Origin: Lama glama | Lineage: Eukaryota | Reading direction: 5' to 3' | Assembly (NCBI GenBank): GCA_028534125.1 | Contig: CM052816.1 | Span: forward strand, 19,842,001 to 19,906,000 | Length of the DNA stretch: 64,000 nt | Part shown: one piece after another, positions 1 through 14,715 of the stretch | How positions within the stretch are numbered: position 1 is the first letter of the stretch | Layout: each line of letters begins with the position of its first letter | Position numbers and translations under genes: made by a program | The notes under the pieces: generated by a model | The model's database searches: none | Told to the model about the DNA's origin: nothing | What the model saw: the letters and a program-made list of their open reading frames with translations, nothing else

Positions 1-539
1 AAATCATAGAGTGCAGAATATCAGAATTACGCAAAGAACATATACGAGGTATCCAACTTTGTTGAAGCCCCTCCAGGCCCCTGTGGCTGGTGGCAGCCTC
101 TAACTTGAGCTAAGATCTAGTCTAGGCCCCTCTAGGGCCAAAAATTGCTTTTATTGCCAAACAGAGAAAGTATTCCAGCAGAGTTCAAGTTGGGGAAGGG
201 GGAGAAATGCTGTTGGTCATGAACTATCTGTATTCAAAAAGCAGAGTTTCTGAGTGTTGCTGATTGACTGGGATATCTGGCTTGTAGGTCAGGCAAGCAC
301 TGGGTTGGCTAGGAGTGATCAGATGTGGAACTGGGGCATCTGCTTCAGCATTATGGTGTCTAGCAGCCTCTGTGTGTACATGACATACCCAAATCAAGAT
401 CTGGGTGCCCAATCAGGTCTCTACTGATGTCAGCAGACTAGATAGCCAGACTGGGGATTATCATTTGCCACTGGCCTTCAATTCTTTACCTATAAAAGGG
501 TATGGAGCCCCCTAGGTCCCCACACCCTGAGACCAGTTC

Positions 540-1130
540 AGCTAACAATTGTTTGCTGAATGCAACTGTCGATCTGCAATCTATATCCTCAACACCTAAG
601 CCGGGGTCCCCTTCCTTTCCCTCACCCCCAAATACTGTGTTGAATTCTACCTCTTCTCATATTCCACTGTGTTTGCCCTAGTCCAGGCCACCATTATTGC
701 TCACGCAAAGGCATTTACCGTCTCCAAACTTTTCACCTCCAGCTCATGGTCTATGTAGCAACTAGAATCATCTGTCTAAAATGTCACTTTTCTTCTTAAA
801 ACCCTCCCTCAACTGCCTTTGACCATCAGGACAAAGCCCTGGGGTTTGCACCCCCAAGCAGTCGACCTCTCCAACCACAGCCCTGCATGTCCTTCTCATA
901 TACCAGGCTCAGCCACGGTGAAATTCCAGCTTCTCCAAAGTCATGCTCCCTCTCACTGTTATGCCTTTGCCAGTGGTGTTCTCTCACTGTGGAATGATCT
1001 TCTCACCTTCACCTGGCCACCTACTGCTTACTTTTCAAATGTCAGTTTAGATGCCAATACTGTGGAGCCTTCCCTGACATCCCTAAATTGGGGTTAGGTA
1101 GTCCCATTTGGTGCATTCCAGTCCCTTATC
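540..1130 (+). mobile_element. L2 (LINE2) remnant; similar remnants at ~7740-8540, ~11370-11560, ~14720-14950 and ~32400-32880
   Basis: Pyrimidine-rich L2 motifs such as ccctagtccaggccaccat, cttaaaaccctcc, tggaatgatcttc, agccttccctgac. Confidence 0.6.
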
Positions 1131-4100
1131 CCTCCTTAAATATTTATTTGAATTGGAGTGTAGGGGAGAGATGTAGTCTCTCAGGTTATTTAGAGAAGAC
1201 ATCTACCCCCATGCCTCGAAACTGCCTAGAAGCATGGGCTGGAGTCCCTGGAAAAGGAGATGGCAGCAGAGCCTTGCTTCTCCCTCCAGTTCCTACCCTA
1301 AGTGGGGGCGGCCCATTTAATCCCTCAGGTGAACTCTTCTCCTGAGCCACACTGTAAGGAGAATCACTGCTTTGCCAGCAAGGCACACAGTGTTCCAAGC
1401 TGATATGCCAGAATATTGGGCCTACAGGGGCCAGGCAAGGGCCCAGGTTGGAGAAAGGAAGGCCAGGGTTCAAACTCTGCCTCTTTCTAGCTGACCGAGT
1501 GACCATGCCATTAAGGCTGCCTGACTTCCAGTTCAGCTCAGTCTGGGCTTGCAGTGGGGGTTGTGCTAGGCAAAGAGGACTCTCCAGAGGCCTGGTTGCC
1601 TTTTGAACTTGAGTTTCTGGCTTTTGGGTGAATAGAATGAATATCCTCCTATGACCTAGAAATGCCTTCCTGGGGCTCTGTTCTTTGAAAGAAATCAAAG
1701 GTTCCCACAGACTGACCTTGAGGACTTTTTTCCAAAGGCAACCCAAGTCAACACTTTCCGAAACCTTTTACCAACTCTGCTCCTCCCACCAACATCCTGC
1801 CACCACCATGTCGAGTGGTTACTTAAGGTTCCCAAGGGCCCCCTATCCTGTTGGGTAAAATGGGCACCCATGTGCATGCCTGACTATTGACTGGGGATAA
1901 TTCTAGGGAAAGGAGAGTTGGGATGACACATCCTCTTTTTTGTGTGTATGCTTCTGTATGTGAGAATGTTTTTACAAGCATGTATTACTCCTATAATTAA
2001 AGATTCAAATCTAGTAAAAAGTTCTATCCTGTAGGCCATAGGTTCAGAGGGTAGATGGTGTAAGAAAACTTAATAGGTGAGACAGCACTGAAGCTGGGCT
2101 TGGTCAGGAGGGCAGTAGTGACAAAAGGGCATTTGGACCAGGTAAAGGCAAGATCCAAGGTTCAAAGCTGAGAGAGCTTTATGAGCAGAGGACAAAAAGG
2201 ATGGGCACACACTTGGCTGGAGGAGTTGTTTATGTAATACAGGTGAGAGGTGAGTTAATACTCTAGTGGTAGGCCTTGAATGCCAGACCAAGGAGTTTAT
2301 ATTAAGGGATTTCTAAACCAGAGGGATGCGACCTGAGGTAGGCCTTGGGGTTGGAGCTGGCAAAGATGTGAGCAAGGTCAGGCCTGCCAGAAGGCTATGT
2401 GCACATCCCAGTGAGAGGAGCAACAACCAGGGGAAAGGATTTCCAGGATGAATGAGCCAGGATGGCCAAGATCTCAATACTGAGGACCCACCTGCCACCT
2501 GCACCACAAATCCAAAGCCTCGCTGGGCATTGGCAGCCCTGTGCCTGAGATTCCTGGTCCATCTGTGGTTGAATACAGGGTGACATTCTAGTGTAACCCA
2601 GGTTTAGTCATACTTGCTCACCTTACCCAGAAAGGAGATGGTGCCCACGGGACCCCTTGGGGCCTCCAGTTTGTTTTGCCTGCAGAGAAGAACCCAGAGC
2701 AGCTGTTTGGTTTTGGGTCACATGGTGATTAATTTGTGTATCACATTTTCCTGTACACAATAAAAGGAAAAGTAAGCCCGTACACAACAAAAAAGGTACT
2801 AGGATGTGCCATATGACGGTTCTCACACTGCAAGAGGCAGGATGGGTGCTTTGGTAATGCTGTGGGTTCCCAAGGGTTCCAAAGAGGCCCAGACACCTCA
2901 AGGGACTGGGTCTGACAGTAGGGAGGGTAGGCTAGAGTACCCTACCCAGTACATCTCCCAGACCTGCCTCCTGCCCCATCAAAGGCAACTGGGGATAGTC
3001 ATGCCTAAGGGGCCACCCAAGGTCACTTGCGGACCTACATGGAGACACACTGGGCCTTGGGCAGATTCTCCAAGATCAAAGAACCCATCTCCCCATCATA
3101 ATCATGGTTCCCTCACTATTATGACCAGGCTACCAAGGACTCAAGGTTAAAAGAAAATGCAACAAGCAGAGAGGGAACATTTTCTCCCCTCTCTGACTCC
3201 TCTGAGTTGCTTAGTGGAATGAGATCAAGGCCACTGCACCTTGAAAGGGCCCAGAAACTTCAGAGTATAATGAACACATCAGGTAAGGAAAATCTCTTCC
3301 TCTACCACAGGTGGTCTCACAGCTCCGTGTTCTGAGGCCTGCTGTTCCATCTGCCTGGATGCCCTTCCTCATCTGGCCCCACCATGGGTTAAGGAGCTCC
3401 TTTCTTGCAGGTATCATCTCCTCTGTGAAGTGAAGCTTTCCTTTACCATTCTACTAGCACACTCCCCTCCTCCATTATTTCTGTACTTATCTTTCACTAC
3501 ATATTGCACTCTCTGCTGTTTTGCTTTATTTATTGACTGAGGTGATGTTATATGAGCCTTCCTCTGCTGTGGCTCCAGTGGGTAGCTTAGTGTCTGCCCC
3601 ATTGAGCAGGTGCTCACTAAACGTTGGTATAACAGAACCACACAGCACAGTCCCAGATTTCCCGAGCCAATTCCAGGCCACTTTGAGATGCTTTATCCCT
3701 CCTCACCAACCCCTACCAGCCCACCAGTAGTCTAACAACCCCCTCAACTCCTGCCTGAGGTTGGAGCTTAATACCAGTCACACCTGGAGGTGTCTCTTTT
3801 GAAAGGGTCCTCAAACTAGAAGTCTGTAGAGGTCCCTCAAGTTCTCAGTAAACTTGGCACTCAGGGCAAGACAGAGTGGAGAAGGCTGGGAACTGTGGTG
3901 ATCACTCACTGTTATGAAGATAGACCCTTGTGCAGCAGCAATGTGGTGACGATTGACAACCCATGTGCAATAGGAAGCATGGTTATGACCTGAGTGAGTG
4001 AGCATGCTGCCTGCCCAGGGTGTCTTGAAACCCCATCTGGAGATGGCCAGCTATGGACTCAGGACCCAGGACATCATCCAGCTTGAGCCATGGGCAGGGC

Positions 4101-5046
4101 ATGTAAGAACAGCCAAGCAGGTAGGAGATCGCTGGCCACCTTCCATGAAGCAGGTACCTCTGAGTCCCCAGTCTACTTCTTCCACCCTCAAGATTAGAAA
4201 CAGGTCCAGGTGGGTTGTGGCAGTGAGGAGAAAGCCATCCCCACCACAAGGGCCTCGGCAGGACCAGCTGACTCTCCTTGAGTGCCCTAGCCCTAGGCTT
4301 CTTGCCCTGGACTTTGCATTCTTCTAGGATGACAGTGTCCTCCTTCTGCCAGGGTAGCTTTTCTGTGGACTTCTCAAGCTTTAGAATTCTCTGGCTGACT
4401 GATGGCTCTCTTCTGCTTAGCTAGGCTCTGATGCCCGGCTCACCCCCAGTTTGAGTCAGCACCCAGCTGGCTGCTCAAGCCCTGGCTCTGGTCTCTGAGA
4501 GGTCTCTGGGCAAATCTGCAGTTCAGCTCTAAACACTCTTGCATTTGGTCTCCTCGGTTCATTGATCAGGAACCATATGATCTTTTAAAAACACAGCTGG
4601 TAGAGTTGCCCATCTGTGCTTCAGCATTTGGATTGTAAACTGGGCTGCCTAGAATTTATTTAAACCTGCAGGCCTGGGGACAGAATGAGGCTGCCCTCAC
4701 AATGCCTCCTGTGATGATCTTCTCATTTCCTAGATCATCTTAATTCTTGGGACCACCCTTGGCTAGATTTCTAGGACTAAGTCTGGTTTTAATGCTGATT
4801 TCTCTCCTGAGCTCTTCTAAGGACTATTTTCTCTTGACAATGAGATTCACTAATTACAGGATAAAGCACTTATCTTCATTCCTCCTCTGTCCCTGCACCA
4901 GACAGACACATACACATACACACACACATATTTCCCAGACAAGATGGGTCAGAAGTCCTTAGCCAGGTCAGTAACCCAAAGTAGCGATGTTCTCTATGCT
5001 CCCCTCCCTACCCCAGCCTTTGAAATATACACAGGAAGATTGCTGA

Positions 5047-5998
5047 TGTGGCAGAGACTGCCAAGTGCCCCCCAATATCTGATCAAGCTGGGCACATGGC
5101 CATCCAAAATAAATACTAAATTTCTCAACCTCTTTTCCAGCTATGTGACTAAGTCCTTGTCAACAAGATATAAGTAGGACAGTGTATCCGATTTCTGGAA
5201 AGTATCCTTAAAGGGAAAAGGTATGCCCTTTTTCCTTTCTTCTTTTTTCATGCTAGCTGGAAAGCACCTTCTGTGATGTGATAGCTGGAGTTAAAGCAGC
5301 CATCTTAGAACATGAGGATGAAGCCACACTTTGAACATGGCAGATGTGGTAGCCCAACTTCCAAGATGGCTTCCAGCAATTCCCAACTTTTGATATTCAT
5401 GTCCTTGTTTCACTCTCTCCCATATTAAATAGGGCTGACCCATGTAACCAACAGGATATTGCAGAAAAAGTAGTGTGACTGACTTCTGAGACTACTTCAT
5501 AAAGGACATTGCAGCTTCTACCTTACTCTTTTTTGGATCACTTGCTCTAGGCTAGTGGGAGCCAGCTGCCATGTTGTAAGCACACTCAAGCAACCCCATG
5601 GAGGACTATAGGTAGTGAGGAATTGAGGCTTCCTGCCAACAGCTATAACCAACTTGCCAGCAGTGTTGCAGTGTCAGTCAAGCCTTCAAGTGACCACAGC
5701 TTCATCTGACATCCTGATTGCAACCTCATGAGAAAGCTCAAGCCAGAACCACCCAGCAAAGTCACTCCCGAATTCCTGACACAGAAAGTGTGAAGTCATA
5801 AATGTTTATTGTTGTTTTAAGCCACTGAGTTTTGAGTGTTATACAATAGTAGAGGAGAGCAACAAAACAGAAGGAGCCCTGACCCTCTCTGAAATTTTGG
5901 AGGGCCACAGCAACCCTTGATATTTACCTCAGACTTTTTTTTTAAGAGATACAAAATTCTCTTACTTTCACAATTATTATTTTGAGTTTTCTGTCACT
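5047..5998 (+). mobile_element. Old ERVL-MaLR LTR (MLT1J-like) interrupted by a second MLT1 (MLT1F-like, ~5345-5848)
   Basis: Outer begins tgtggcagagactgcc and carries the gctggag...gcagccatctt motif; inner begins tgtggtagcc...ccaagatggc and ends with the typical ataaatgtttattgttgttttaagccactgagtttt. Confidence 0.7.
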
Positions 5999-6984
5999 CC
6001 TCTTCCTCGTTTTATTTTGGCACCACTCATTCAGAAACTCTTCTAAGAATTGCTAGCTGGAAGCACCTTTGGAAATCATCTCAGTCATTCCTGCTGCCAG
6101 TGGCATGTTGAGGCCTAAATCTTCCTAAGATGATGGGTAGTTAATGTCTAAAAATGTCTGTAAAAGGAATTTTATAATGAGAGCCACAGGCCAAGGATCA
6201 GAAGACCCTGGCTCCACCCGCTCTGAGGGCTCTCATTTAACACTTTGGTGACCTCCCCAGGCACAGAGAGACACTGTCTTCACATGGGTCTCCCTGGGAT
6301 GCCCATGAGGCTCAAATAGATGTGTACATAAGCAATTTGGAGAGTGCCAACTGCTGTTCTACCAACTGAAGAAAGCATTCTTGCTGTGCGTCTGGCTGTT
6401 TTTGGATGGAGTTAGCCTGCCTCAGTATTCACAGGTGTTCCTTTTGTGGACCAGCTTTCAGATGTGTATCTCTGCGGCCTACTGAACAAATCCTTGCCAG
6501 TTATTAGGTGCCTTACATAGATCCATTCAGCCACAGCATCTGACAGGGCTGAGTGATGGCAGTCCTGTTAGTCTGTTTCTCTTACTAACACCCTCCTTCC
6601 CAGTGCCCTGGTTGCAAGACAGCGCTAGCCCTTTGAGGCTTCCTCCCCACCCCGTGTACTGCTTTGTCATAGACCACCATTTCTAAGTGAACTGACCACC
6701 CAACACAATTCCTGATCCCCAGCATCACAGTTCCTGGACCTGCTTAATGTTTCTCACCTTCTCCCGTTGGCTCTTGCCATACAGTGGGATAGCTTCTCTC
6801 TGAAATTAGCCTCCTGAATTTGACTAGAGGCCTTGACCTCCTGCTTTCTAGATTTTTACAGTCCTCTCTCCACTCCTGCTCTTGCACTTATACAAAGACC
6901 TTCTGTCCCTAGAGGCTTCAATTGATTCTCCAGCCTGACCCCATCAGAATCATCTGAACAACCAATAGTTTTCTTAAACCCTAT

Positions 6985-7452
6985 ATTACTTAGGGTAATG
7001 CTAGATGGTATAACAAATTTCAAAATGTATATTGGCTCAGACAATATAGTTCATTTCTTGTTTACAAACAACTCACATGGGTGTTCCTGATCAGTGGTGT
7101 CTCTCCTCCAAGGGATGATTCAGGGGCTGGGGTCCTTCTACCTCGTGGCTCTGCCATCTCCAACATGTGGTTTCCAAAGAGGTCTCAAACTAGAAGGAGA
7201 AAGGAAGGGTGGAGAAGGCATGTCTGCTTCTTAACTATTTTGGGCTGGAAAATACACGTTATCCCTGATCAACATTCTATTGGCAAGAACGAGTCACTTG
7301 ACTCCCCTCAGATGTAACAGAGGTGAGGGGAGGGGTGTGTGCTGGGAAATGTAGCCCCTGCTGGATAGCCCCTTCCTAGCCTCAACTCTGCTCTATGGAA
7401 GGGCAAAGGATGACACCTGTCTTTGGTAAAACAGTTATCTCTCTCTGCTACA
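6985..7452 (-). mobile_element. Old MLT1-type (ERVL-MaLR) LTR remnant
   Basis: Motifs gtggctctgccatc, cattctattggcaagaac..gtcac, gctgggaaatgtag, ending ctctgctaca. Confidence 0.55.
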
Positions 7453-10400
7453 CACCCTTCACTTCCTTCTGCCACAACTGTCTTATAACATTGCAACCCA
7501 GGCACTATAGGCCAACCTGCCTTCCTGTCTTCTATGTCCTGTAGAAAACCTCAAGGGGGACAGGTCACTGCCAATGCAGATTTATGACCTCCAAAGCCAC
7601 CAGGGCCCCTGTATTGCTAAGCCAGGGTGAGATTCTCTCCTATTTCCCATAACAAGTGTTCCAAGTATCTTCTTCTTGTCCTTAGCCCCTCCTCCACTCT
7701 CTCAGCAAGTGAGAATTTTAGGACCAAAGTGCATGATGCCCCTCCACTTCTTCCCCTGCTATCTCTTCATATAAGTTTCTCTGTGCCAATATTCACTCCA
7801 GCTTCACATCCTGAACCTTTCCCTGGATTTCAGGCCCTTGTATCCATCTGCCCCTGGATGTTTCCACCTGCATGCACATAGGTCTTTCATACTCACCACA
7901 TCTCAAACTGAATTCACTATTGCCCAGCCTGTCCCCCTCCCCCAAACCTGCTTCAGCTCCTGTGGCTTCTTTCTTCTGTTACAGCAACACCCTAACCACA
8001 TGGTTGTCCTTGCTGAAAACCTGAGGGCCATCATTGTCCCATTTCTCAGGTTAAATCCTGGCCAAAACATTTCTTGAATCAATTCCCTCTACTCCTTTCC
8101 TTGATTCAGGTCATCACTTTTTGCTCAGATGCCTGTAGCCACCTCCTAACAGGTCTTTATACCTCTAGTCTGTTCCCCTCCAACCATTCTCCACAGACAG
8201 CCAGAGTGACAGTATAGATCTGACCACAGCATTCACTTTCTTAAGTGAAGTATGCCCCCCAAGTCACCACATGACTGGACCCACTGCTCGCTGCAGCCAG
8301 CCCCTCACCTCCTCCAACACTCCAGCAACACTAGACTTTCCTCTGTATATGCCCTGAGGATCCCTGATGTCATATTGGGGTCATGGGTGGGTGTCCTCCT
8401 TGGTGCTGCTAGAATAACCTTTATTTTCTTCCTTCCGTACTTATCACACTCCTAGGTAAAGCTCTTTTTGTATGTCTGCCTCATGATACCACAAGGGAAG
8501 GAGTTAACTGTCTCATGATTATCATACAGTCATGAATGAATGAAGATGGTGGGAAGGTACACATCGAAAGCATAGAAAAATCTTGTTTTAGATATGCTTG
8601 CCTTATGCTGAATGAACATTTCCTTCTCAGGAGTCAAAGTATATATATATTTATCTGTGAAATCTGATCCTTTGCCTGAAAGCCTCCCATCAATTAATCA
8701 TGACTGGCCATTTGCACAAAACCTCTTATCTCAAAGCATTTTGCACGAAGGGGCTGAGCTCTCCAGTCCTGCCAGAGCTGCAGGCTCAGTTCCTACCACA
8801 TGACTGGCCTTGGCAGTAGACTCACACCCATGCCTCCCACTGGACCTCCATGGGGTCTTGGGAGGCAAGGCAGAAAGGAGCATTGTCCTCCATTTTTAAG
8901 ATAAAAAAAACCTGTTCATAAGAGATGAGTGATTGTCCAAGGGTACAGAGTGAGTCAGGTATTACTCTTTTCCATTGTATCATAGACCACTCTGCTCCTT
9001 GCTCTCTGCGGCTGACATAATGCCCCATGGTGCCAACACAGACCCTGGGCTCTGTGGGAAACTGCCTCAGACACTGCCCCAGCCCTTTAGGTCATAATAC
9101 ATCTTGCATGTCAGCTATTCCCTCAGGTAGGGAATTACTGGAAGAGACACCCACCCAAGCTGACTCAAGAATAAAGGAGGACTCTTACAGAATCCAAATG
9201 CACCAAGTCATCCCAGGAACTGGAAGCTCATTAGACAGACATTTTATCTTTCGTGCTGGACCACAGGCCTTTTCTCCCTGCATTTCTAATCTGCTTCCTT
9301 TTTCACAAAACCCTTAACCATCTTTTACAAGGCCCAACATGACCACCAGTCCTGAATCTGCCTAACTCACAACTTCAGGGCTCACCACGAAAGAAGCAGA
9401 GTGTCAGAGCCTTGGGAACACCTGACTGGCTCAGCCTTGGGTGATAGTTGTTCTTCCAGGTTAGGCTTACAGCCCTGGCCCATTACTGGAACATATACAG
9501 CATGTCAGCTGGTACAAACGGGGCTGTGAGGGTTGTAGGCAGGGGAAATACTAGAAGGGATGTAGGTGAGGGAGTCAATTACAAGTGTAGGGAAAAACTG
9601 TGAAAGATGTTGAAATTTGGTGGATGTCCTGAATAACTTACCCACCTAGGTTCTTTCAGCCTTTTGTAGTCTTTGACTAGACATTTCTCAGGTCTAAAGA
9701 CAGAAGTGAAGTTGTAAAATCTTGATAGTAATGCAAATAATTACTGTACACAGAAATACAAATTGTGTCTAGTGGAATACAACTGACTATTACCTTGTGG
9801 CTATTAGGCAGTTTTGCATCCATTTCTAAAATCATTTCGGCATTTCTTACCTAACATATGTGATACTTTCAGTTCTCCTTTGAATTGGCTATGTTTTAGT
9901 GGTTCTCCCATAAATTAGTGAGTTAAACTAAATCTTTGACACATGCTAATTTTATATCTTGGGACAGGCATGGTTATATTCTCTTTTAAAATTCATCATT
10001 AAATATAGACAAAGTCTGTATGATCACATACTCACTTTAGAAACATTAGTGATGCAGAGAAAAAAATTTAGGATACACAGGAAACTGTTAGTGGTCACCT
10101 GTGGGGAAATGGGAAGGAGGCACCTACTTTTCATTTTATATCTTTTTGTACTATTTTAATTTTTAAACTATGTTTAAAGAATTTCAGTAGAAGTTGTCCA
10201 GGCAAAAGCTTTAGAGTCATTTGATTTCTTTTTTTATACTTTCCTCTATTAAAAAATAACATTAACTTTGTAATTATTTGTTAAGCTGTATATATGGTTG
10301 TTTGGACTTTTCTGACTATGCTATATTTCACAATTTAAAAAAACTGATACATGTTAAAATTTAAAGGAAAAACTACATCTTGGCATAGTGCTCCAAGCCA

Positions 10401-12494
10401 GCCCTGGGCAGCCAGTGGTAGTTATGATGTGATGTCTGTCCTAAGGGAAGAGTCTAAGGTCCAGGCTCCATGCATTGGCCAAAGGGTTCCCAGGAACCCT
10501 CCACACACACCTTGTGTCAGGAGCTGTCCATGTGAGGGACCTTCCTCATTGTTCAATACTTGCCGCATCCCCTCCCTCCCTCCTGCCCTCCTGGCAGCCC
10601 AGCTCAGGGAGTACTGATGAAAGATCATGCCAGAATGGGAACATTCCTTCCCCCTGCCCTTCCTCCCCTGACAACTGAGAGGCATCTCCCCTCTCTGGCT
10701 TGCAGCTGAAAGGGAAGAATCACTGCCAAACCACTGCTTGCACAATGCCCTTCTGAGAGGGGTACACAAAATTTTTGTCCATTCAATCCTGTCTTCCTCC
10801 TGACTTACCTGGTGGTCCAGATACGCTCTGGCTTCTATGCTCACGGGTGGTTCACTCACTAGTAACGGCTCCTAACACTTCATATTCTTCTGTCTCCATT
10901 AACCAACCCATAAACTAGCATTGATTTAAGTTCACGAGGACAGAACCTTCCTCCTAGGAATTCCCCCAAGCTTGGATGTTTGTCTCTGCTCTTTTCTTAG
11001 TGTGTATATGTGGCTGGGGAGGCAACACCCACAGGCAGTGGGATCATCTCAGCCCCAGGAGCCTCCCCTGACCTTTGGCCTGAGTATGTACAGTCCCTTG
11101 CATTTGGCACACCTGCACGCAGGTGCTTCATTAATGAACTCTGGCCTAGGAGGACCGAGGAAGAACGAAGGCATGAGCTCAGTGCTTCCTCTCACTTGCT
11201 GCACACCCTCAGCTGGCCTGACTAGAGGCAACCCTTCCCACACTTACCCACAAAGCACAGAGTTACGGCCACCCCCAAATCCTGGGGCTGCTGTTTCAGG
11301 TGCTCCAGGACACCTTTCTCAGCAGCATACCACTGCTGAGTGCCACTACGTGGAGATGTTTGAACCCAGACACACAATGCTGTCTGACTACATCACTTTC
11401 TGCCTTAAGTCCTTCAGTGGCTCCCCATTGCCTGCAGAATCAAGTCCAAGCTCCGTAGCCTGGCCTTCAAGTCCCTTACTTCGTAATGTGGCCCCAGGTG
11501 TACCTCTGGCACTGTCTCCTATGCCATGTACCCTGCTGTCTAACCACTCATTCAGCCCATGCATGCTGGAGTCTAACTTGTGCATAAATCTAAAGGCTGT
11601 TTTCCGAGTCCTCATAGCTGCCCCAAATGCCTCATTTCAATGGCAGTCTCTCTCTTATTAATTGATGTCATCAGAATTGCATTATACAGATGTGGATGCA
11701 GGCAGGCCATTGCCTGCTCTAATGCACAGCCTTACCCTGATACTCACATCACCCTTGAGGCTGCACCTGGCTGAATATCACACAGACCACTTTCCAGAAT
11801 GGCTCTCTCCACAGGAGCAGCTGCAGATTCCTCCCACCTCCCCAAAGCTCACTGCTGTGAAGTAGAGACAGTTGTATTAGGACATGTCACAGCATCTCAC
11901 TGCCAAAGTGACAGCTACAATTATGTTTTGGCCGACAGCTGGAGGTGAGAGAATATACAGCCAAGGCCTCGTGAGCCTTCATGAATCAGCAGTTTGTGCT
12001 GTGTGTCCAGCTGGTGGGTGAGGTGGGCCAATCCTGCCTGTTGTTCAGGATTTCCCTTGGTGGCCAACCTGCTGGTTACAGACCTCAAGTTAACACCTGA
12101 GACTTTCAAGTGGAGTCCTCCACTGGACAGTGATAGTTAATGTCCCCAAGGGCCACCCCAGAACCTAGAGGAGCAGAAGAGTAGGGTGGTTAAGTCCAGG
12201 CAGTGCCCAACCCAAGGGATAGGCACTTGATTCCTGGGCAAGGACAGGAGCAAGCAAAGCAAAGCAAACAAAGCGCCGAGCTGCCCAGGTGTGACCTTTA
12301 TCATGCTGGGCAGCCAGATGCGGGGTATGCTTGTGATGGGCAAGGATCTCTCTTGAGGCTCAGGGCACCACCTCTCCAAGGAGCCTCAGTGCACCACCTC
12401 CCCAAGGAGCTTCAGTGCCACATGCCGCGGGCAGAGAAGTGGTGTCAGTGTAGGGACCAAGACACTGCAGCAAGAACAAGCACACAGCAGAAGC

Positions 12495-12710
12495 AGCTCC
12501 CACTTACTGAGCCCTTCTGCGTGCCAGGCACTGTGCCGACTGCTTCGCATACATTCCTTGTTTTCATCTTCCCCATAACCCAGTGAGGTAGGTTCTGTTA
12601 TTACCCCCACTTTACCAGGGAGGAAACTGAGTCTCAGGGGGGCATTTGATGGTGGCCACATAGCTGGCCAGTGTGGAGATGGAATTTAAGTTCAGTCTGG
12701 CCCCAGAGTT
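12495..12710 (-). mobile_element. MIR SINE; other MIR pieces at ~13930-14110, ~33715-33860 and ~46345-46535
   Basis: MIR core ccccactttacca...gaggaaactgag and gtgccaggcactgtgc. Confidence 0.7.
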
Positions 12711-14554
12711 TGGTTGGCTTAAGCTTCATTATCCTGGTTTGGCCCTTTCAATCCAGTCTTGGCTGCAGGAAGCTAAGAGACCCCCAGCACACTCCTCACA
12801 TAGTGTGAGTGGAGTTGGGGCCTCCAAGTAGACTTCGGCCTGGAAGCCAAGATGTTACCAAGGAAAATAAACAACAGCTATTTCAGGTGACAGGTACTGG
12901 GCTATGGAGCTGGAGGAGGGAGTGTGCAGAAAATAAAAAAGCTACTAGGATTTTCTCATTGTACATTTTTGCATGTTTAGCAGAACAAGCTTTATTAGGA
13001 AGCTGCTCCGTGGCCAGCATTGCCCCTGGAGACAGAGGGCAGCAGCAGGAACTGTCCTTTCTCTCTGACCCACAGGCCTCTCGAGCCCAGGGCTTGCCTA
13101 TTACTTAGCCCTGACCTGGGTTCTGGCCAAGGCCCTGGGAAGGGCGGGCTCAGGCCCCTGGGGTTCTCTGAGGAGTACTGCTGCCCTTCTTTGGCCCCTT
13201 GTTGGAGCAGAACCTGCCTGTCTTTGCATCCTGTCCAAAGGCACACAGACAGGAGGCAGCTGGCTAGCAGTTCTGTTCAACAGGCTTCCAAAGTGGGCGT
13301 CTGAAAGGACAGCAGGGCTGGGGCGCGGGAGCATTTGTATTTCAAGTTGCTGCTGCCCATGAATCACCAATTTCATTCTGTGCTCTCAGCTCTGTGAAGG
13401 CATCATTTCCACCCAGCCTCACATGGAGCTGGCGGCCAGAGCCTCTTAGTGGGGCTATAAATAGCAGATCATCAACTCACCTCTTCTGAGCTCATCACAG
13501 GCTCCTGGGTTTACTGTGTGTCTTCCTGCTGTCACCATCACTCAGATTTCCCAGGTCTGCCTGAGAGACCTAGGGCACGCTCCAGGGGCTGCAAGGTTTG
13601 GGTTCCCAGAGCTGTTCAGGGTGACAGAGAGGGCAAAGGCAGACTTCTGAAAAGCTCGGCATTTAAGGTGTCATAATTATAATCTTGGGTCTCTGAGCTC
13701 CTCTCCAATTAAATGCAGCAGCAAGGGATTTTCATTTCTCCAGGAGTCCTAGAAATAAAAGGCAAAGTACTCACCAAATATACACCCAGAAAAAGCCACC
13801 AGAGTGGGCAGCAACAAATGAGAGGGTTCATGTGGACTTGTCTTCTAACACTGAATGAAATACTTTATGAATCCCTGGCTTCAGAAAATCACATTTCTTT
13901 AGTATTACTCAGAGCACCATTATGGTGTGCTCCCTGCGTACCAGGCTCTGTGCCCAGCCAGCCTTGGCATGCAGCACCTCATCAAGTTATCACAACAACC
14001 ATATTGAGTTAACTGTTAGTGTCACTGGCTTTCCATAGGTGAGGAGGCTGAGGCTTCCAGAGTCACACAGACAGGGCTTCTGGATTCCAGAGCCCAATCT
14101 CTGACCAGCACACTTTCTACCTCCTGCAGAAGAGGACTGTTTGTGTCCACATACACACCCACGTGTAGCCATGCATCTGTCCAGCTTCACGTACTCCACG
14201 ACCGTTAAGGAGGAGCCAGATGCCCACAAATTCATCTTCCCCCAAGTCCCAGGCCTCATTGGCAACCTGAATGTCCCTGTTGCCATTTTCTCCTAAATCT
14301 CATCTTCTAGGTTCTCCTGCAGGAGGGATCAGCCTCCATTTGGCTCTCCAGGCCCAGCTTGATGGTCTTCCTCATGCCTCCCTTCCTTCAGGCCTGAATC
14401 AGGCAGGGGTCAGGTGGGACTCCCTCCCTCTCCCTCGCCCTCCCCAACTTCCCACTGGCCTAGGGCAGCCTCCCTCCAATCTGTTCCCTCTTTTGTCTCC
14501 CAGAGTCACAGCCCTGAGTTTGAGGTCTCATCCCCTGTATTGGCTCCTCTCGAT

Positions 14555-14715
14555 AGCCTTCCAGCTCAGTGCTGTACCTGAGGAATGTATTAAGAACAGA
14601 GATTCTTGGTCCCCTCCCTAGATCACCTGAAACAAAATCTCACAGGGTAGGGACCATGGTCCAGATTTTCAAAGAACTCTTCCAATGATTTATGCAGCCA
14701 GAGTTAAGAGCCACT
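14555..14715. mobile_element. MER5A-like hAT-Charlie remnant; others at ~31690-31835 and ~63000-63140
   Basis: agattcttggtcccctccctaga...aaaatctc...tgatttatgcagccagagttaagagccact pattern. Confidence 0.55.

Noticed and set aside
5251..6070. Near-identical ~19-mer (tgctagctgga(a)agcacctt) at 5251 and 6051
   Set aside because: Does not bracket a coherent element as a TSD would; short enough to be chance or a small local templated copy.
10972..11661. Longest orphan ORF (229 aa)
   Set aside because: Non-ATG start, no recognisable domain, and the 3' half runs through an L2 remnant.
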